Of a DNA stretch of 64,000 nucleotides, positions 1-13,746 are shown in pieces. Numbering within the stretch: the stretch's first letter is position 1; the number at the start of each line of letters is the position of its first letter. The stretch is from Balanoglossus misakiensis (taxonomy: Eukaryota; Animalia; Hemichordata): positions 2,751,258 to 2,815,257 of the forward strand of contig CM082591.2 in assembly GCA_040954595.2 (NCBI GenBank), read 5' to 3'. The notes beneath the pieces are model-generated. The model saw nothing but the letters and a program-made list of their open reading frames with translations, searched no databases and was not told the DNA's origin. Position numbers and translations under genes: made by a program.

Positions 1-402
1 CCTAATTCCACATGTTGTGTATTCCAGACAAGGACGGCCACATTTGAGCAATCAATCAAGTGATGCACCCTGGGAAAATTACATCGTCTTGAAACAATTT
101 AACACGTGTAAACAAAATACAGATGTGTTGATCCGTTATTCAATCTCCTTGAACACTGGTATCGGTTTCAACTCAACCAGTATGCGTAGTTCAAGGTTGA
201 GAAATATTAAATTCCATACCGAACTGGTGTTTGGATATTTGTCAAGTTTATACCCCCTTGCATCTGCTGTTGTGACGTCAATTTTCTCACGGATGTTTTT
301 GGACAGTCCCTTTTTGAGAGACTGTGCGTGAAGCTCACGAGTGTCACCCAGACGTTATGAAATAATAGACTAAATTTTCTTTATTATTTTCTTTGATTCC
401 AG

Positions 403-1159
403 GCAGGGCCAACAAGGCGAGGCGCTTAGATGGCCATGGCATGCGTTGTTGTGGGACGACAGAAGCGAAAAACCCCTTTGCCATGGCGCCTTGCTTGGAT
501 CTCAGTGGGTCGTTACAACGAAGAGTTGCTTTGACGAGAAGTTTTTGATGATGGACTGGAATCCACTTAGCCCCCGCCCTTCATCTGATCTTGTCTTGCA
601 CCCTAACAACGTGGTTGTGAGGCTCGGCAAATCCTCGGATTTGATTGGCTTTGAAAGCACTGAGCAGGTGTACGGGATCAGTCGCGTGTTTGCGCCTGCG
701 TCAGCGTTTGATTTTGAAAACCTGGTGAGCGGCCGCGACTCGCCTGTGCTTGTTGAACTCCGAGCTTTGGTGTCGGTGGACAAGTACGTGCAGCCGATCT
801 CGCTGGAGCTGGGTGGTTTCTATGGCAGCAGCACGGGCAAAACGGAAGGTGCTATGTCGTTCTGGGCAGTCGACAGAAACGACAGGACCAGCGGAGACAA
901 GCTGCGTTTCACCAGAGCCGAGACGGTCCCCTGTCAAACGACCAGCGACCGGTACAGCGTCTGTGCCACCAGCGACGACACGGGACCGTACCTGGCTCCG
1001 TCAGTTGCGGAGAACGTCGGAGCACCTTTTGTAACGCGAGAGGGCGCGAACACGTGGCGGCTGAAGGGAATCAAGACGAAGCAAAACGACGGGCCAAATG
1101 AAGTGTTTTTAAAACTTCGCGAATACACCGACTGGTTGTACAGACGGGTACAGCTATAA
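403..1159 (+). CDS. Terminal exon of a trypsin-like (peptidase S1) serine protease homologue, catalytically inactive; upstream exons lie outside the window
   Basis: Acceptor ttccag ends at 402. Translation QGQQGEALRWPWHALLW..PLCHGALLGSQWVVTTKSCF..VVVRLGK..YVQPISL..VGAPFV..WRLKGI..LREYTDWL* follows S1 fold motifs, but TAAHC, DIALL and GDSGGP are replaced by TTKSC, SPVLV and ENVGAP. Confidence 0.8.
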
Positions 1160-4100
1160 AAAGACATCCAAGTTTAAAACACTGGGGGTGCCCTCCCCAA
1201 AAAACTTTCTCATCCGCATCGGAAGATCCTTTATGACACTTTCAAACAGGCGTGTAGTTATGCATAGTCACAACTATACACATATAACGATCTGAAAGCA
1301 AAACAAATTGTTTTGTCAGAAAGGTGGAAAACACACGTTTGATTTTTCGAGGTTGCGTACCTTGTGGGCGTTGACCTCAATCCAAGTGGTTGAAAGGGAA
1401 CCGGAAGTATAATTAAATTTGAGAAACAACTCGCATGATGGAATTACCTGAGACACATTGCCATGGTGACGCCCACGGGACTTGAAGAGCAAGTCCCTCA
1501 CAAGGAGAACAGTTGCAATTTCAGACGGACTGGTGCAGTATCGAAATATTCATTGCCATATTATATGTATTTTATCCTTGGTGCTAGTCTTAATTGTTCT
1601 TAAGGATTCGAGATCATGTACTTCCATTTCCTTAGAAATGAGGATTTTAATCTTTTGTATAAGTGTATGTGTTATTGTGGATTTTAATATTCTCTCCTGT
1701 ATAAGTGTTAGTAACGTCCACTATTGATAAATGATGATTCCCAGTGATTTTAGCAGAATCATGATTTAAAAAAAAAACATTCGATCAGCATGTTTAAAAA
1801 GAGGTTCCCAATTAGAACACAGTGAGATAGTAGTAGTCTGTTCTCATTACTCAGTTGATAAAAAAGTAAATTTATTCATTCATCTCCTCTGAATAGTTTA
1901 AGAAGGGAGACCTTTGTTTATAGTGAGCCTTCCATGTCCAGAAAAGAACAGGACAAGATTTTTCTGTATTTGCCGAAGTAGATTTTCAGACTTTCTGCGC
2001 TCGACACACTTGGACGACTGCCACAGTTTCTTGTCAAACATTTTGCATCATCATCCATGATCGTCATTGTCGTTGTTGCCATAATCACTACCATAGCTGT
2101 TTCAATGCCCAGAAACTTTAGTCAGACGAGAGCCACCGCGACGTGTTTGGATGTTTATTTATCGGGTACTTGGCCCACCGTTGTAATTATAATGTGTAAC
2201 ATTTTTGCGTTTCCCCGTTGTAAAGCAACGGTCAATCAACCATTCCGTGCCATATATTGCGGTGCTAACTTCAGGAGGTCAACACAACTGAAATATGTAA
2301 CAACCTCATCTACGCATTTTTGTTTGACAGTGGCAATCAAAGCCAAACAATCGATCGATGTGACGCCAGGTATACAGCATAAAAAATATTGAAGTGTACA
2401 AGCTGGCGTCAGGGTCATACCTTTTTTAACCAGAGAGCTTTCTACCCTGGGGTGTCCTTTGTGGCCAGAGTATGATAGCGCCCTCTGTGGTTAAAGTATG
2501 ATGGATGCTCACTAAAGAAAAAATATATGTTTAACCATTCCTATTCAGTGATTCTTTGCTAGTTTTATTAGCCAAGAAACCCACTTTTGTATATATATTA
2601 TAAACGGGATGGATAGAAGCCTAGCCATTACTGTTGGCATAACAGTGACAATTTTCATCAAATTTTTTTGCATTCACAGAATCAAGCTCGGTTAATCAGT
2701 CGATTCTAATAAAACTTCAAGGTCGAGCTATCATTTAAGAATTGTCTGTGAGGGTGCTAACTGAGACGGAAATTTTTTAGCATTTTTATATAACGATCAT
2801 GTATTTTGTAACGACCATCGCATTATTTTAGTCCAATGTTATTGCATTTTTTATACCGACATGTTCGTAGTTTGATATTACTAAGTCGTTTAAACTAAGC
2901 CTTCTTTTCAAGCGTAGTGTGATCAGATTCAATGTCAGTATCACCATTTTATAATAAATACATCTATATTATATATTTAATCATACTCATGACTGTGTTT
3001 GTGAGTGTGTGTGTTTTTGGCAACACCTTAAAGGGACATTAGCTGTAACTTTTGGCTTTATTTTCAGCATTTTTGTTCTGTGTATCAAATAGTCTTGCTC
3101 CAAGACTGTGTGATACTGAAATGCGCGTCCGTGTTACGTACAGAGCATCCTGTGGATGCGACACTAATCACACAGTCACTTTGCCTGGCGGCGCGTCGGA
3201 CCAAAGTTCCATTCCTTATGGACTGATACAGCGACTGCCATAGAGTCTATGTACCAAATGCAATTTTGTTCTACTGCGAACAAAATGTTAATATTGTATA
3301 CCCAGTACCCCCTAATAATGGATAAAACACAAGATTTATGATCACAGTGAAAAAAAGTGCAATAAAAAACATTTATTTCTCATTTACCAAAAAACCTACA
3401 ATGCAAAACAGAGATAGTGAATATAAAAATGTCAGAAAAGAAATAAAGTGATATCTTGGAAAGCATTAAGAAATAAATTAGACCATCCTTGAGTACTCAT
3501 TTTTGGTGAAAGACACCAAATATTGTTTGTAAAAAAATTACAACACGTTTGGTTTTCACATTTTCTTATAAAAATGAACTTGAAATTTATTGGGGAATCC
3601 TTAGACTGAGGTAAAAATACATTTGCATAAGAATCTATTCTAAACAAGGATTTGTCTCATCACATTGCTGTCTGAGCTGTGGGTGAAACCATTTACAGAG
3701 AATTACAGGGGTGTTAGCTATGCCTAACAAAATTTTGTACTACATGCAGTACATTGCGTGGTTTGATTAAACGTCTGTATAATCTCTGGTAGTTTGCGAT
3801 AAAATGAAGTAGAAAAAATTCACCTGAAATTATATGTGTACAAGTTTACCTGATAAAACAATTAAGATCACATGATTCATTAATCTTCTTTGAGTGATAA
3901 AAGTTGAACAAAATTATTGGCAAGAACTGATACATATTGTCTAGTCATGAGATGTTTGTTTTTTTCTCTCTACATGAACGTTGAAAAGATACAGTCTCAT
4001 GTGTGTTCATCAAATGAGGATATAGTCCACTGATGGGAAGGCTGGACCTTCTCATTTCGAAATAGGGGTGTGGGGCCCAGAAATTTTAATATAGACACTG

Positions 4101-4431
4101 CACAGTATGTGTTAAGCCAATATGACCTTATTGATTTAATCTCTGCTGTACAGTTTTTTCACACAATTGAATTTTACATCTTTGAACATTTTTGCAGCAA
4201 AGGTGGTTTAAGACACTACTCTCTTGTATCAGTGGATTAAAACAAAAACAAAAAATATATATATCTCAACAAAAAAGGCAAAAAAATAGCACCATTTTAT
4301 AAGGACATATGTCAAGTTGATTTAATCGTTGATCCCTCCTATGAATGGTACAGTCAGGGTATTCTTTGATTCTTTGAGTCGGACTGTACCACTTATGCTA
4401 AAAGGGGGGGGGTGGGGGGTGGCTGTCATAT

Positions 4432-7400
4432 TTAAAACTCATCGTGTCTGATGAGAGCTTCACCGAAGTCAGTCGCTTGGCTGCCCACAAATATATCGTA
4501 CTTGGCAATCACTTCTTCTTTTGATAGTTTTCCATCCTGGTGAAATAAGAGAAAAATACATGTAGGTCATAGTATATTCGTATCTATTTGTTCCTAGGTG
4601 CAAGATGGCTGAATCTTTTTGACCACAGCGCCACCAGTGGCAGAAATGGGGTAGGGAACCCGACTTGAACTATGACCTCGAACACAGCCATATTTCTTTG
4701 AAAGCTTTCAACACAGATGTACAAGCTATGTCAAGGCAGAACATGAAACTGAGGTATGTCAATGACTTTCTGAATCATTTTTGGAAACAAGAAATGTCAC
4801 ACACCTTATTTTCATCGGATTCGTAAACGAGATGCTTGGATTCCGCCTCGGCGTGGTCGTAATCTTGCGGCAGGATCCATGCCTGGACTTCGTCTTTGTC
4901 CATATAGCCATCTTTGTTCTGATCCCGGAATTTAGTGAACTGTTCCCTCTCCGTCTTCACCCACTCTGGTGGGTCTTGGGCGTCGTTGCCTTCCGGGTAC
5001 AGATCACCTGGAATCCGGAAGAAATTCAAAATGTCGATCAGGGCTTAGTACTGTTATCAGGAGCAGCCACCAGTCAAAACAGCCCCCTTCGTGAAAATCT
5101 CCACACTCACAAGAAAACAGTAACCCATACGAACAGCAATGTTTGCAAACCGAACACCAAAGTTGGTGGACACAGAGAATGCTTTAATATTTTATTTTCA
5201 CTAAATATCAGTAACCTACCGATATACTCCTCTAATGATATAAGACCATCTCCATCTTTGTCAATATCTTCAATTGTTTCCTGAAATGTGCAAAAATAAA
5301 ATTCATATTTTAGAGTTTATGTCAGTCGTAAGTAGGTGCAAATCTTATCCCTTTCACCACCATGTTTTGGTCCAATTCCACTGTTTTCTATGGTAAGGTT
5401 GGACCTCTAAAAAGGGAAATGGGGGTGGAAGGGTTAAAGGCAGGATCAAGAGACACTCACATCAACAATAATCTCCTTCATGTGATCAGCTTCTTCTGGA
5501 TGCAAGAAGTTCTTGAATTCTTCTTTGGTCAGAGAACCATCACTGTCTGAATCTGCCTTTGCCCACCGCTTTTCATCTCGTACAATCATCTGCTTGTAGT
5601 CGTAGCCTTCGACATCTGCAAAGTCGTCATCTGCGAAAATTTGCAAAAACCTATTTCAGTAATGATAAAAAAATTTGAAACAAGAAAACTAATTTCGTCA
5701 TTTTTTTGGACCAGTCACAAAAGTACAAGTGGCTGAATTTATCAGTGAATTGGCCTGAATTTTGCCTGTGTGTCCCAGAAAAGTTTAGCACAGCAGATCC
5801 AGTCATTTGGCAGTCAGCGTTCTTACCAGGCCAGATTCCGTACGTCTTTCCTTTATAAGTTTCCCAGGAAAGCTTATCATCATATGGTTCATAATGATTC
5901 CATTGCTCATCCACATGTTCATCTACGTAGCGATTCTGCAAAAATGAAACAATTGGGACATAAAAACAAAGTAAGTCCTGCTAGAGGGCGCACTCACCCT
6001 CCATGAAGCCATAGGTCGTTTTCCTGTACTCGTCCCACGACAAGAGGTTGTCTTTATCCACATCATGGACAGACCACTGTCGATCTACATCATCCATGAC
6101 ATAGCGATTCTGTCAGAACACAAAAAAGGAATATGAATGACTTTAAAAAGATTACGGACCCTTTCCGTCCTATAGCAGAGTACATGGGTCGAAAGAAGAG
6201 TGTTGGGAATTAGTGGAAAAGACACAAATGAATCGCTTAAGTCATGGATGACATAAACTGAACCAGGAGGTCCATAGTCTAGAAGTTCAAAAACCAATGG
6301 CTTCATGGCTTTTTGACATAGAACCATTGATTTTTTCAGCACAGAACTCATTACCCTAAAACTCTGACTTCAAAGCGCAATGAAATGCATCCAGGGTTGA
6401 CTACTAATCAATGCAACATTTACAAGACAATTGGAGAAATTACCATAAATTGACCAATGTTCTTTGAGCAAGACCACTAGAATCTTAATGAATATAACAG
6501 CAAACAAAAAGGTCAGACTGTGTACTTTTTTCTTTGTGGAATCCACTGCATTAACCTGACTTACAGTATTGCATAATACTTTGTTTCACATTTTGAGATG
6601 TTTACTAACCCTGAGAATTGGCCAATGTGTAGAGCATTATCAGTTTATATCTGTATGTGTACAACATTACAAATCTCATATGCGATATGCTTATTATCAT
6701 GCTGTGCGTTGCCTTGGAGACTTAAACGTCTGGCTCAGAGATTCCCAAGAATAATTCTGTCTTACCTGAGTATATTCAACCCATTTCTTCAATTCTTCCT
6801 CAGTAACAAAACCGTCGTTATCTGCATCAATCTTGTCATAAATTTTACTGAAATAAAAAAATATGTCAATGTTAATCATGGTATCATTGGTATGCAGGGA
6901 TGTTTGGAAACCTTTGACCTAATTATTGATGATGAATTATGATCAAGTGTGCGATATATATCGCAGCAGTGATCGGTTCTGAGATACCACAAAGATCAAA
7001 TACAGAATTCACACCATGACTCCAAAATGGGATTTATATTTCAGCTGCCTGTTTTCAGTTAGCTTGCCATGTGTTCTGAAATACATATGCAACCTGTTAA
7101 GTTTGTCAATGCCAGATTGTTGGAACATATCAAAATGAGTGTAAGATATCTTTGACTTCTTTTCCTCAATAGACAACTGGCTACACGACCAAGGAAGATA
7201 TTATCTCCCTGCACTGGATACCCGACTGAACAAACCCACGTGCCTTGCCCCAGATCTCGTTTGACTGAATTACTCTGAAAGGGGGAGGTGGATTCTATTA
7301 CATGCGAAGGAACTCGGTAAGGTATGTCAGTAATGTTACTTGCGCGTCACACGAACTGCCACGTTGCCCACACCAGGTCGTTGCATATAAAATTTCACAA

Positions 7401-8551
7401 AATACAAAATTGCATAATTGATGTATACAAAATACAAAAAAGTATAAGTGATGTTTTTGAAACATCACTTAAGTAAGCTAGTTACCATGACTACAATGCA
7501 ACATTCTGCTATTAATAATTAATGCACAATGATAAAAATATGTGATTCGGATTGGTTCACACGTTACAATGGATTCCCCATTACCACTGACAATACATGA
7601 AAACGACTTTGTGAATGACATGTTTGATAACATGGTCATGAAACACTTGCATGAATCAATAAACACAAGAAAGGTGATATAGTTATTAGGTTTTAGTGTG
7701 ATAAATACTCTGTAGAGATTTGTATCAGTCTGTGTGCTTATACATGATTTTGTTATCTGGTCAACTGTTCAATAAACGCTTGGTACTCAGGACAGGACTT
7801 TTGACCACCTTGTCCTGACGAAAGATAAGACAAGTACTATCCTCTGACCGGAAGGAAATGCAACGAGATTTCTAAGATAACAATAGTGGCCCTTTGATTA
7901 CACGTCAGCAGACGCCGCTGTGAAGAAATGTACAACACGTTGAAACGTTTCGAGGCTGCGAGATACTGGAGCTGCTCTCGATGCAAGGTTAATTCGATTT
8001 GACTGGCTCCTTGCGAGGTCGGGCACTTAAGATGGGATAGAGTGTGATGAAAAACACACAATATTTAGATTTTCTATCTGAAGAAAATCACGGTCATGCA
8101 CAGTGCCTGGCGATTAGATGGGTTATCAAGGTGATAGGAACGGTAGGAACTGAGGTCGAGCTACGGGCGATCAATAGCAATCTACCGCTTGAAAAGTTGT
8201 GTGCGTGGTATTGTACAGTAGTGCGAAAGTGTCCACGTCAGGCCCACATCTTGCATTAAATTTGAGGAAGCAGATCTATAATAGAGATCACTTTATCAGT
8301 TCATGAAATGGATCGGAAACTTACCCTAGTCGCTCTCTGCTTTCTTCTGGGCTGAGCTCGTCGAATTCTCTCGCTTCGTCTTCCCCGAGAAACGCTTCGT
8401 GATCGTAGTCTAGATTGTGATCTTGGCCATCATAGTGTTCTTTATCACTCAGTTTGTCAGTTTTAACCCGATTTTTGGATTCTGTTGGTTTTGCACCGAT
8501 GGAAAGTACGAGTACAGCCAAAATAAAAAACAACTTCATTTCTGATTGCAT
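4432..8551 (-). CDS. CALU: Calumenin (CREC family, multi-EF-hand ER-lumen Ca2+-binding protein)
   Basis: Exons 8551/8539-8325, 6847-6766, [6109-5998 OR 5935-5827], 5630-5461, 5280-5220, 5007-4805, 4536-4432; all GT-AG and phase-consistent. Signal peptide, [10 protein letters not shown] motif, EF-hand loops ([48 protein letters not shown]), C-terminal [17 protein letters not shown]. Confidence 0.95.
5349..5433. mobile_element. 85-bp piggyBac-like MITE, copy 1 (calumenin intron)
   Basis: CCC...GGG termini, ~14-bp imperfect TIR, flanks ttat/ttaa; homologous to 32446-32529 and 62799-62883. Confidence 0.7.
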
Positions 8552-8639
8552 GATCGCTGGAGACGCTAGCGAAGTTTTGACAGTGAAAACTCTTCTGGTC
8601 AAACTCGGAAATCGATGACACTGCACGAAAATCAATCAG

Positions 8640-9270
8640 CAGGTACTTTTCAGGTGATGACTTCTCTCCGATCTTCCTAGCGCGCTCCTGATCTGCCAAA
8701 ATCTACCAAAACTATGATTGTCTGACGTGTGACTTGATCAGGAAGAAGAAACTCGAAGTCTGCAAGGCACCGGCTTGATGAACCAATCAGTTGTGAGAAT
8801 TTCCCCATGTGATAGCCCAAAACCAATCAAACGAAGTTTTATGAAGAAGTGGGGTATACGACAACAAGGGCCATGTCAGTAGTGTAAGGCCCTTTAATTG
8901 GCTGAAATAAAGGTAAACAAAACGTACCATGATGATTGGTTGGAAATCGCCACGTCGCAAATGTTTGTATCAAAGGTTGTCAATAAATCCCAGCATTCCC
9001 AATCCAAAATGTCGACATCCGTCGTCGGCAAATGTTTCCTGACACTTTTGTAGGACGTTCTTATTAAAAAAATAGCTTAACTGTCTGTGTACGGAGGTAG
9101 GCGACCCTATTTTTCGGTCACAGAATCCAGTTTTGTAACATAAAGCAGCTGTCGTTTTGGATTTGACAAGCGGTGGTCGAGTCTGCAGTGTTTTGACAGC
9201 TACACAGCTGGCGATGAATGTAAATGTCGTCTGCACACATGCGAAGACAGGAAGTTTGACACTACACAAC
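8640..9270. promoter_or_regulatory. Probable bidirectional promoter between calumenin (-) and FBXO47 (+)
   Basis: Head-to-head genes with start codons <1 kb apart; CpG-rich; CCAAT/ATTGG boxes near 8783, 8823, 8897, 8935; CRE/UPRE-like TGACGTG near 8723; likely 5'UTR donor gtaagt at 9274. Confidence 0.55.
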
Positions 9271-9494
9271 ACTGTAAGTCACTGATAAGGATTTTCAGTG
9301 AAATACTTGAGCCAGGCCTCGGATTTTGATACCGATTGAACAGAACTGGTTTTGTGAGTTATTAGTGACGACACATTGCTATTTCCTGCACAGAATTTGT
9401 CATTTTAACAAATTTGTTTGCGTTCAAATCCGGCGGGAAAGTTAATGTTTTGAAGTGGACATTTAAACTCGTCATTTAAAAGGACAACCATCAC

Positions 9495-12400
9495 ATGACG
9501 ATGAGCTCTCCAGAAGCAATGAGGTAAGTATTTCTCCTACACTTTATACCAAAATAGTCAAACACATAACATTCTTATGATCACATTTTTTCGAATGTCA
9601 ATGAGTTTATTTATTTCTAATTTGAAGTTAAAAATTGTCCATTAATTTTGTGTTGACATGTCGTTCATATTCAAGGAATGGATTATGGACCAGCAAGTGA
9701 TTTGTGACCAATTCTGTGAGATGTCTGTTGAGTGAAATTTGCCATTTTATAGAAAAAATCCACTTTATTTTCAGCACGCTAAACACATCTTTAGAGAAGA
9801 GAGAGTTTAGGAGAAGCAAACGTCTCAAGTTCAAGGAAGAAGCATTGAATAGTCATAGATCAGTAGAGGAAGGAGCTTTAGGATATTTTGAATTATTACC
9901 AATAGAAGTGATTGACTTAATTTTAGGAAACTTTACAGGTAGGGTTAGCCTTCCAGGTCAAGTCAGGTCAGTTCAGGTCATCGGTCCTTTGCATACTAAA
10001 TTCATGGCCTTGTATTCACAAAGAAAACTCTTACCAACCCTTAGCCCATAATAACCTCCATTCACTTTGTGTGGAGGGTCAATATTGAGACGACCTCTGG
10101 CCTATATTAATTCATTTATTAAATGGCCATGGAAGATAGTGGTGAGGACATAGATTCTACAGTGTGTTTAGCCCTAAGTTGCATAATTAAACAGTTCAGT
10201 CGGTTTTTTTCCTTTTTCAGTACAGTGATACTGAACTTTTTCTATCTAGAGCAAAATGAACTGCACAGAAAATGTGAACAATATGATAACCGTGATTGTT
10301 TAATCTCTTTATAGTTGAAGAATTAAGTATCATGACAATAGTGTCCAAATCTATGCGTGGATTGATAGAAGAAACCTCTCTTCAAGGAGCTGGACTTCAG
10401 AAATTATTACCAAAGCCTTTACCACAGAATACTGTGTCTGCTAACCACCAGGCAAGATATATGCAACACTTTCACCACCTTGGTAGGTACAAATTTTCAG
10501 ATGATGAATATGTATTTCTAAGTATAGTTGAATGTTAGCTCCCCTAAAAACCTTACCTATACATTGTGTGTGTCACTGACCTGGCTGGCTGTGATAGACA
10601 AAACATAAACTGATTTATCCCTGAATGTCGTCTTTTGAAAGTTAAAACCAATTTTTCAAGGACTTTGCATGAAAAACACTAAGATGCAACTGTGTATGAA
10701 CTGGATCACAGTTTCCATGACCAGAATTCTTTCAGAATTTTAACAAACTGCCTTTTGGGTATTTTATTTCTACAGGGTTGCTGATGAAGAGATCAACTTG
10801 TCTGTACGCGACAAAAGAAAGACTAAAAATGATTGAAAACTTTATTCAAAAGGTAGGATAAAACAATATTGAGCGAAAATGGTTGTGTGTGTGTCAAGTG
10901 TGTTGTCATAGTTTGATCAAATAAGAGAAAAAATGTCTAGAGAATAAATTCATAACTTTTTATAAACTATTTTCTACTCAATTTATAAATTTAGCAGGAA
11001 TCAAGTGGGCTTAACCCCACTGTTTTTTTTTTTATTCCTTTCTATCTTAGCTTGGCTGCCTGAATACCATGAGTGAAAATCTTCATTCCTCAATTGCCTT
11101 GACATGTTACGGAAAATTCATTCACACGGTGATTGCAGGATGGGATGATGTTGAGTGTCAGCGAGCTTTTGTGACAGTCGCTACAAGCTGCAACTTATTT
11201 GACAAAATTGGTGAGTTTTTTTGCAAAAGAGAATGACATAGCTCTTGAAACTGGAAGACTTGCTTTTAAATGACTCAGACAAGAACCTTGAAGTTAAAAA
11301 GTTTCAGAACGATAACAGTCAACTCTGGGAAGCATGAACTCAGTGAAGTGATTTCTTGATATCTGAAAAAGTTCACTCATGTTACCAGTGTCAAAAGTGT
11401 TGAAAATAATTGTTAAAGTTGACATCCGAAAATGGCTAACAAATTCCATCTTTTTAGGCAAGTGTGTGACAGCCAAACCAGGACACGACCCCCACATAGA
11501 GGTGTTTGTACGCACTTTCCTCCACCGAGTACTGTTAGATCAGTGCAACAGCATTGAAGAGAGGGCCTTCTGGCTGAGCCGTGTATTGAAACCATGGCCT
11601 ATGGTTCATCAAGCAAGAGTGTTGTATATTTTGTATGGACCAATGTGTTTAGGTACAGGTAAGCCACGCTGTGTGTTGTTTGTCCTGTGGTCTCGAGAAT
11701 GTCCTCCCATGTAAATTTCCTAGCCACGTAAAATCTCGCAGAGTCTCGTGGAGTTTGGAAAATGGTCAATTATGAGAGAGGTCTGTGTCCAATATTTTTT
11801 TCAGACACAATCCTGTGGTATGAGTTGACCGATTCCATGACAGATTCAACCCTGACTGCAACCACCCAGCTGGCACAGTTAGCCCTTGCCTTAAAGATAC
11901 TATACAACTATAAAACTGAGTGGAATGAAGATGACATCATCAGTGTTATTGAAGAAATAACAGGTGAGGCTAAGGGGTCAAATCACATTTTTATGACATC
12001 TGTTAGTTATCGAGCTTCATCACATTTGGTATTTTATTTTGTGCTGCAGAATTTTACTTTGACCTGATGTTAATTTAGCTTCTGAAGTCTGACATCTTGA
12101 AATCCTGTCGACCGCATGAGGTTTTTATCACTCACCTTAGTAGGTGGCAAAAACCTATTTAATGTAGTGAGCATTGTTCCTTGTGATTACATACATGGTA
12201 GATGTGATTTAGTATATTTTCCTTACATGCAATATTGGTTTCATCACAGGATTGCCTGATGAATGGGTGACGGAGAACACAGCTAAGCTACTCCTGTTGT
12301 GTGGTGATGTTATCTGTACCAAAGTAATGGGTAGCAAAGCCATCAATGGACGCTTTCTAGAATTAGCACGGCTCATTGTGTCAATGTCAGTGGTAAGTCA

Positions 12401-12947
12401 GTCAAAAATACTTTAAATAAGCTAATATCCTAATCACAAGAAAATGTACCAATAGTTGTAGCAAAGCATGAAAACATTCGGCTAAATTTTCCTTGTGTGT
12501 TTTTATTGTTTAACAGGTTGTTACCAAAGAGCATTACTGTATGACCTGGGTTTGTGATGTTATGAAGACATTGCTGCAGCTTATAGATAATGTTAAAAGC
12601 AGGAAGGTGCTGCTTTCAGCAGTTGCAGAGACTTTCAAAGACATGATTTTAGATTTTTTCGAATTTCATCTTGATGGTGAGTATATATCTAACTTTCAAA
12701 CTTATCTTGATAAGCATAATTTCTATATGTTCTCCGCTGCAAAAGTGAGTCTGTGAGTTCCGACAAGCTTAAACTTAAAGCATGGCCTGTTTTCAGTGTG
12801 ATCTAGCATATCTAACATTTTACAGAGAAATTGTTGGGTTTTTTTCTCCTAGACTCTGACATTGATGCAAGTCTGGAGAATCTGTTGGAAGCCCAGGCTG
12901 AATTCAACAAGCATGTGATGGCAGAGGCATACCAAGCAGTCCTGTGA
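9495..12947 (+). CDS. FBXO47: F-box only protein 47
   Basis: Exons 9495-9523, 9775-9938, 10315-10482, 10776-10852, 11051-11210, 11458-11658, 11805-11963, 12250-12392, 12517-12676, 12853-12947, phase-consistent. F-box LGYFELLPIEVIDLIL; FBXO47-like CYGKFIHTVIAGWDDVECQR and WLSRVLKPWPMVHQARVLYILYGP; AATAAA at 13560. Confidence 0.9.
12093..12163 (+). repeat. Dispersed ~70-bp intronic repeat (also ~14459-14525 and ~19073-19120), probably a MITE remnant
   Basis: Shared core catcttga...ttttatcactcacctaggtag..aaaacctatttaa in introns of three different genes. Confidence 0.65.
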
Positions 12948-13746
12948 GACAGCTCACAGCACAAATGTATCACAGGGACAGTGTACCTTTTAGAGAGATA
13001 CATGTATATAAAGAAAAACCAGGTTTTGCACTGCACCTCCGTAATGTTTTTTCCCTTTGAACTTTGGCTGATATTTACTTTATTAACAAGAGCACACATT
13101 GTCCACATCATAACTTGTAAATTACAATGCATTTCTTTTTTTTTTACAGTTTGTACAGTACATTTCAGTACCTGTATATTTCAATAATTCTCTGTATAAA
13201 TGCAGTACAATTTCCATACTGTGTTCTCCTACAGCTTCCTTACATGCCAAGACTTGCATATACCTCATCCATTACACAGCATTCAAAGCCTTCATCCATA
13301 CACTATGTATATACATGACTGTATTTATGCATTATCTATGAAGAGGGAATGCCTCATTTAAAATCAATTTGGTGAAATTTTACATGTATTTATAAAATTC
13401 GAATGTTTACACTTATGCAGAATTTTATTTGTAAAATAGTAATATATATTGACTACCTGAAAAGCGTCACGTCAACAAATGTTGATTTTTATGTTTGTAT
13501 AATTTGTATTATTTATTAAGCGACAAAGTCACTTTTATATGTTGTAACTTATATCATTCAATAAAGAGATTAATTCTGAAGCATACTGAAATTGTCAGTA
13601 TATCTTGTGGTGTTTATTAGACATTACATGAATGCTTTGATCACATGAACCCTCTCTGGTAAAAAAACTTAGACTTAGGACAGGCAAAACTGCTGCAATG
13701 ATAAAGTGTACACAGAACAGGGAATCTGTGGTAACTCATGGTTTGT

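Noticed and set aside
4403-4422. G-run after the calumenin stop (and C-run near 30508) as G-quadruplex elements
   Set aside because: Simple homopolymers; the calumenin mRNA strand is C-rich there and nothing else supports function.
8930-8960. ERSE-like element (ATTGG..CCACG) in the calumenin promoter
   Set aside because: Spacing and orientation fit neither ERSE (CCAAT-N9-CCACG) nor ERSE-II (ATTGG-N-CCACG).
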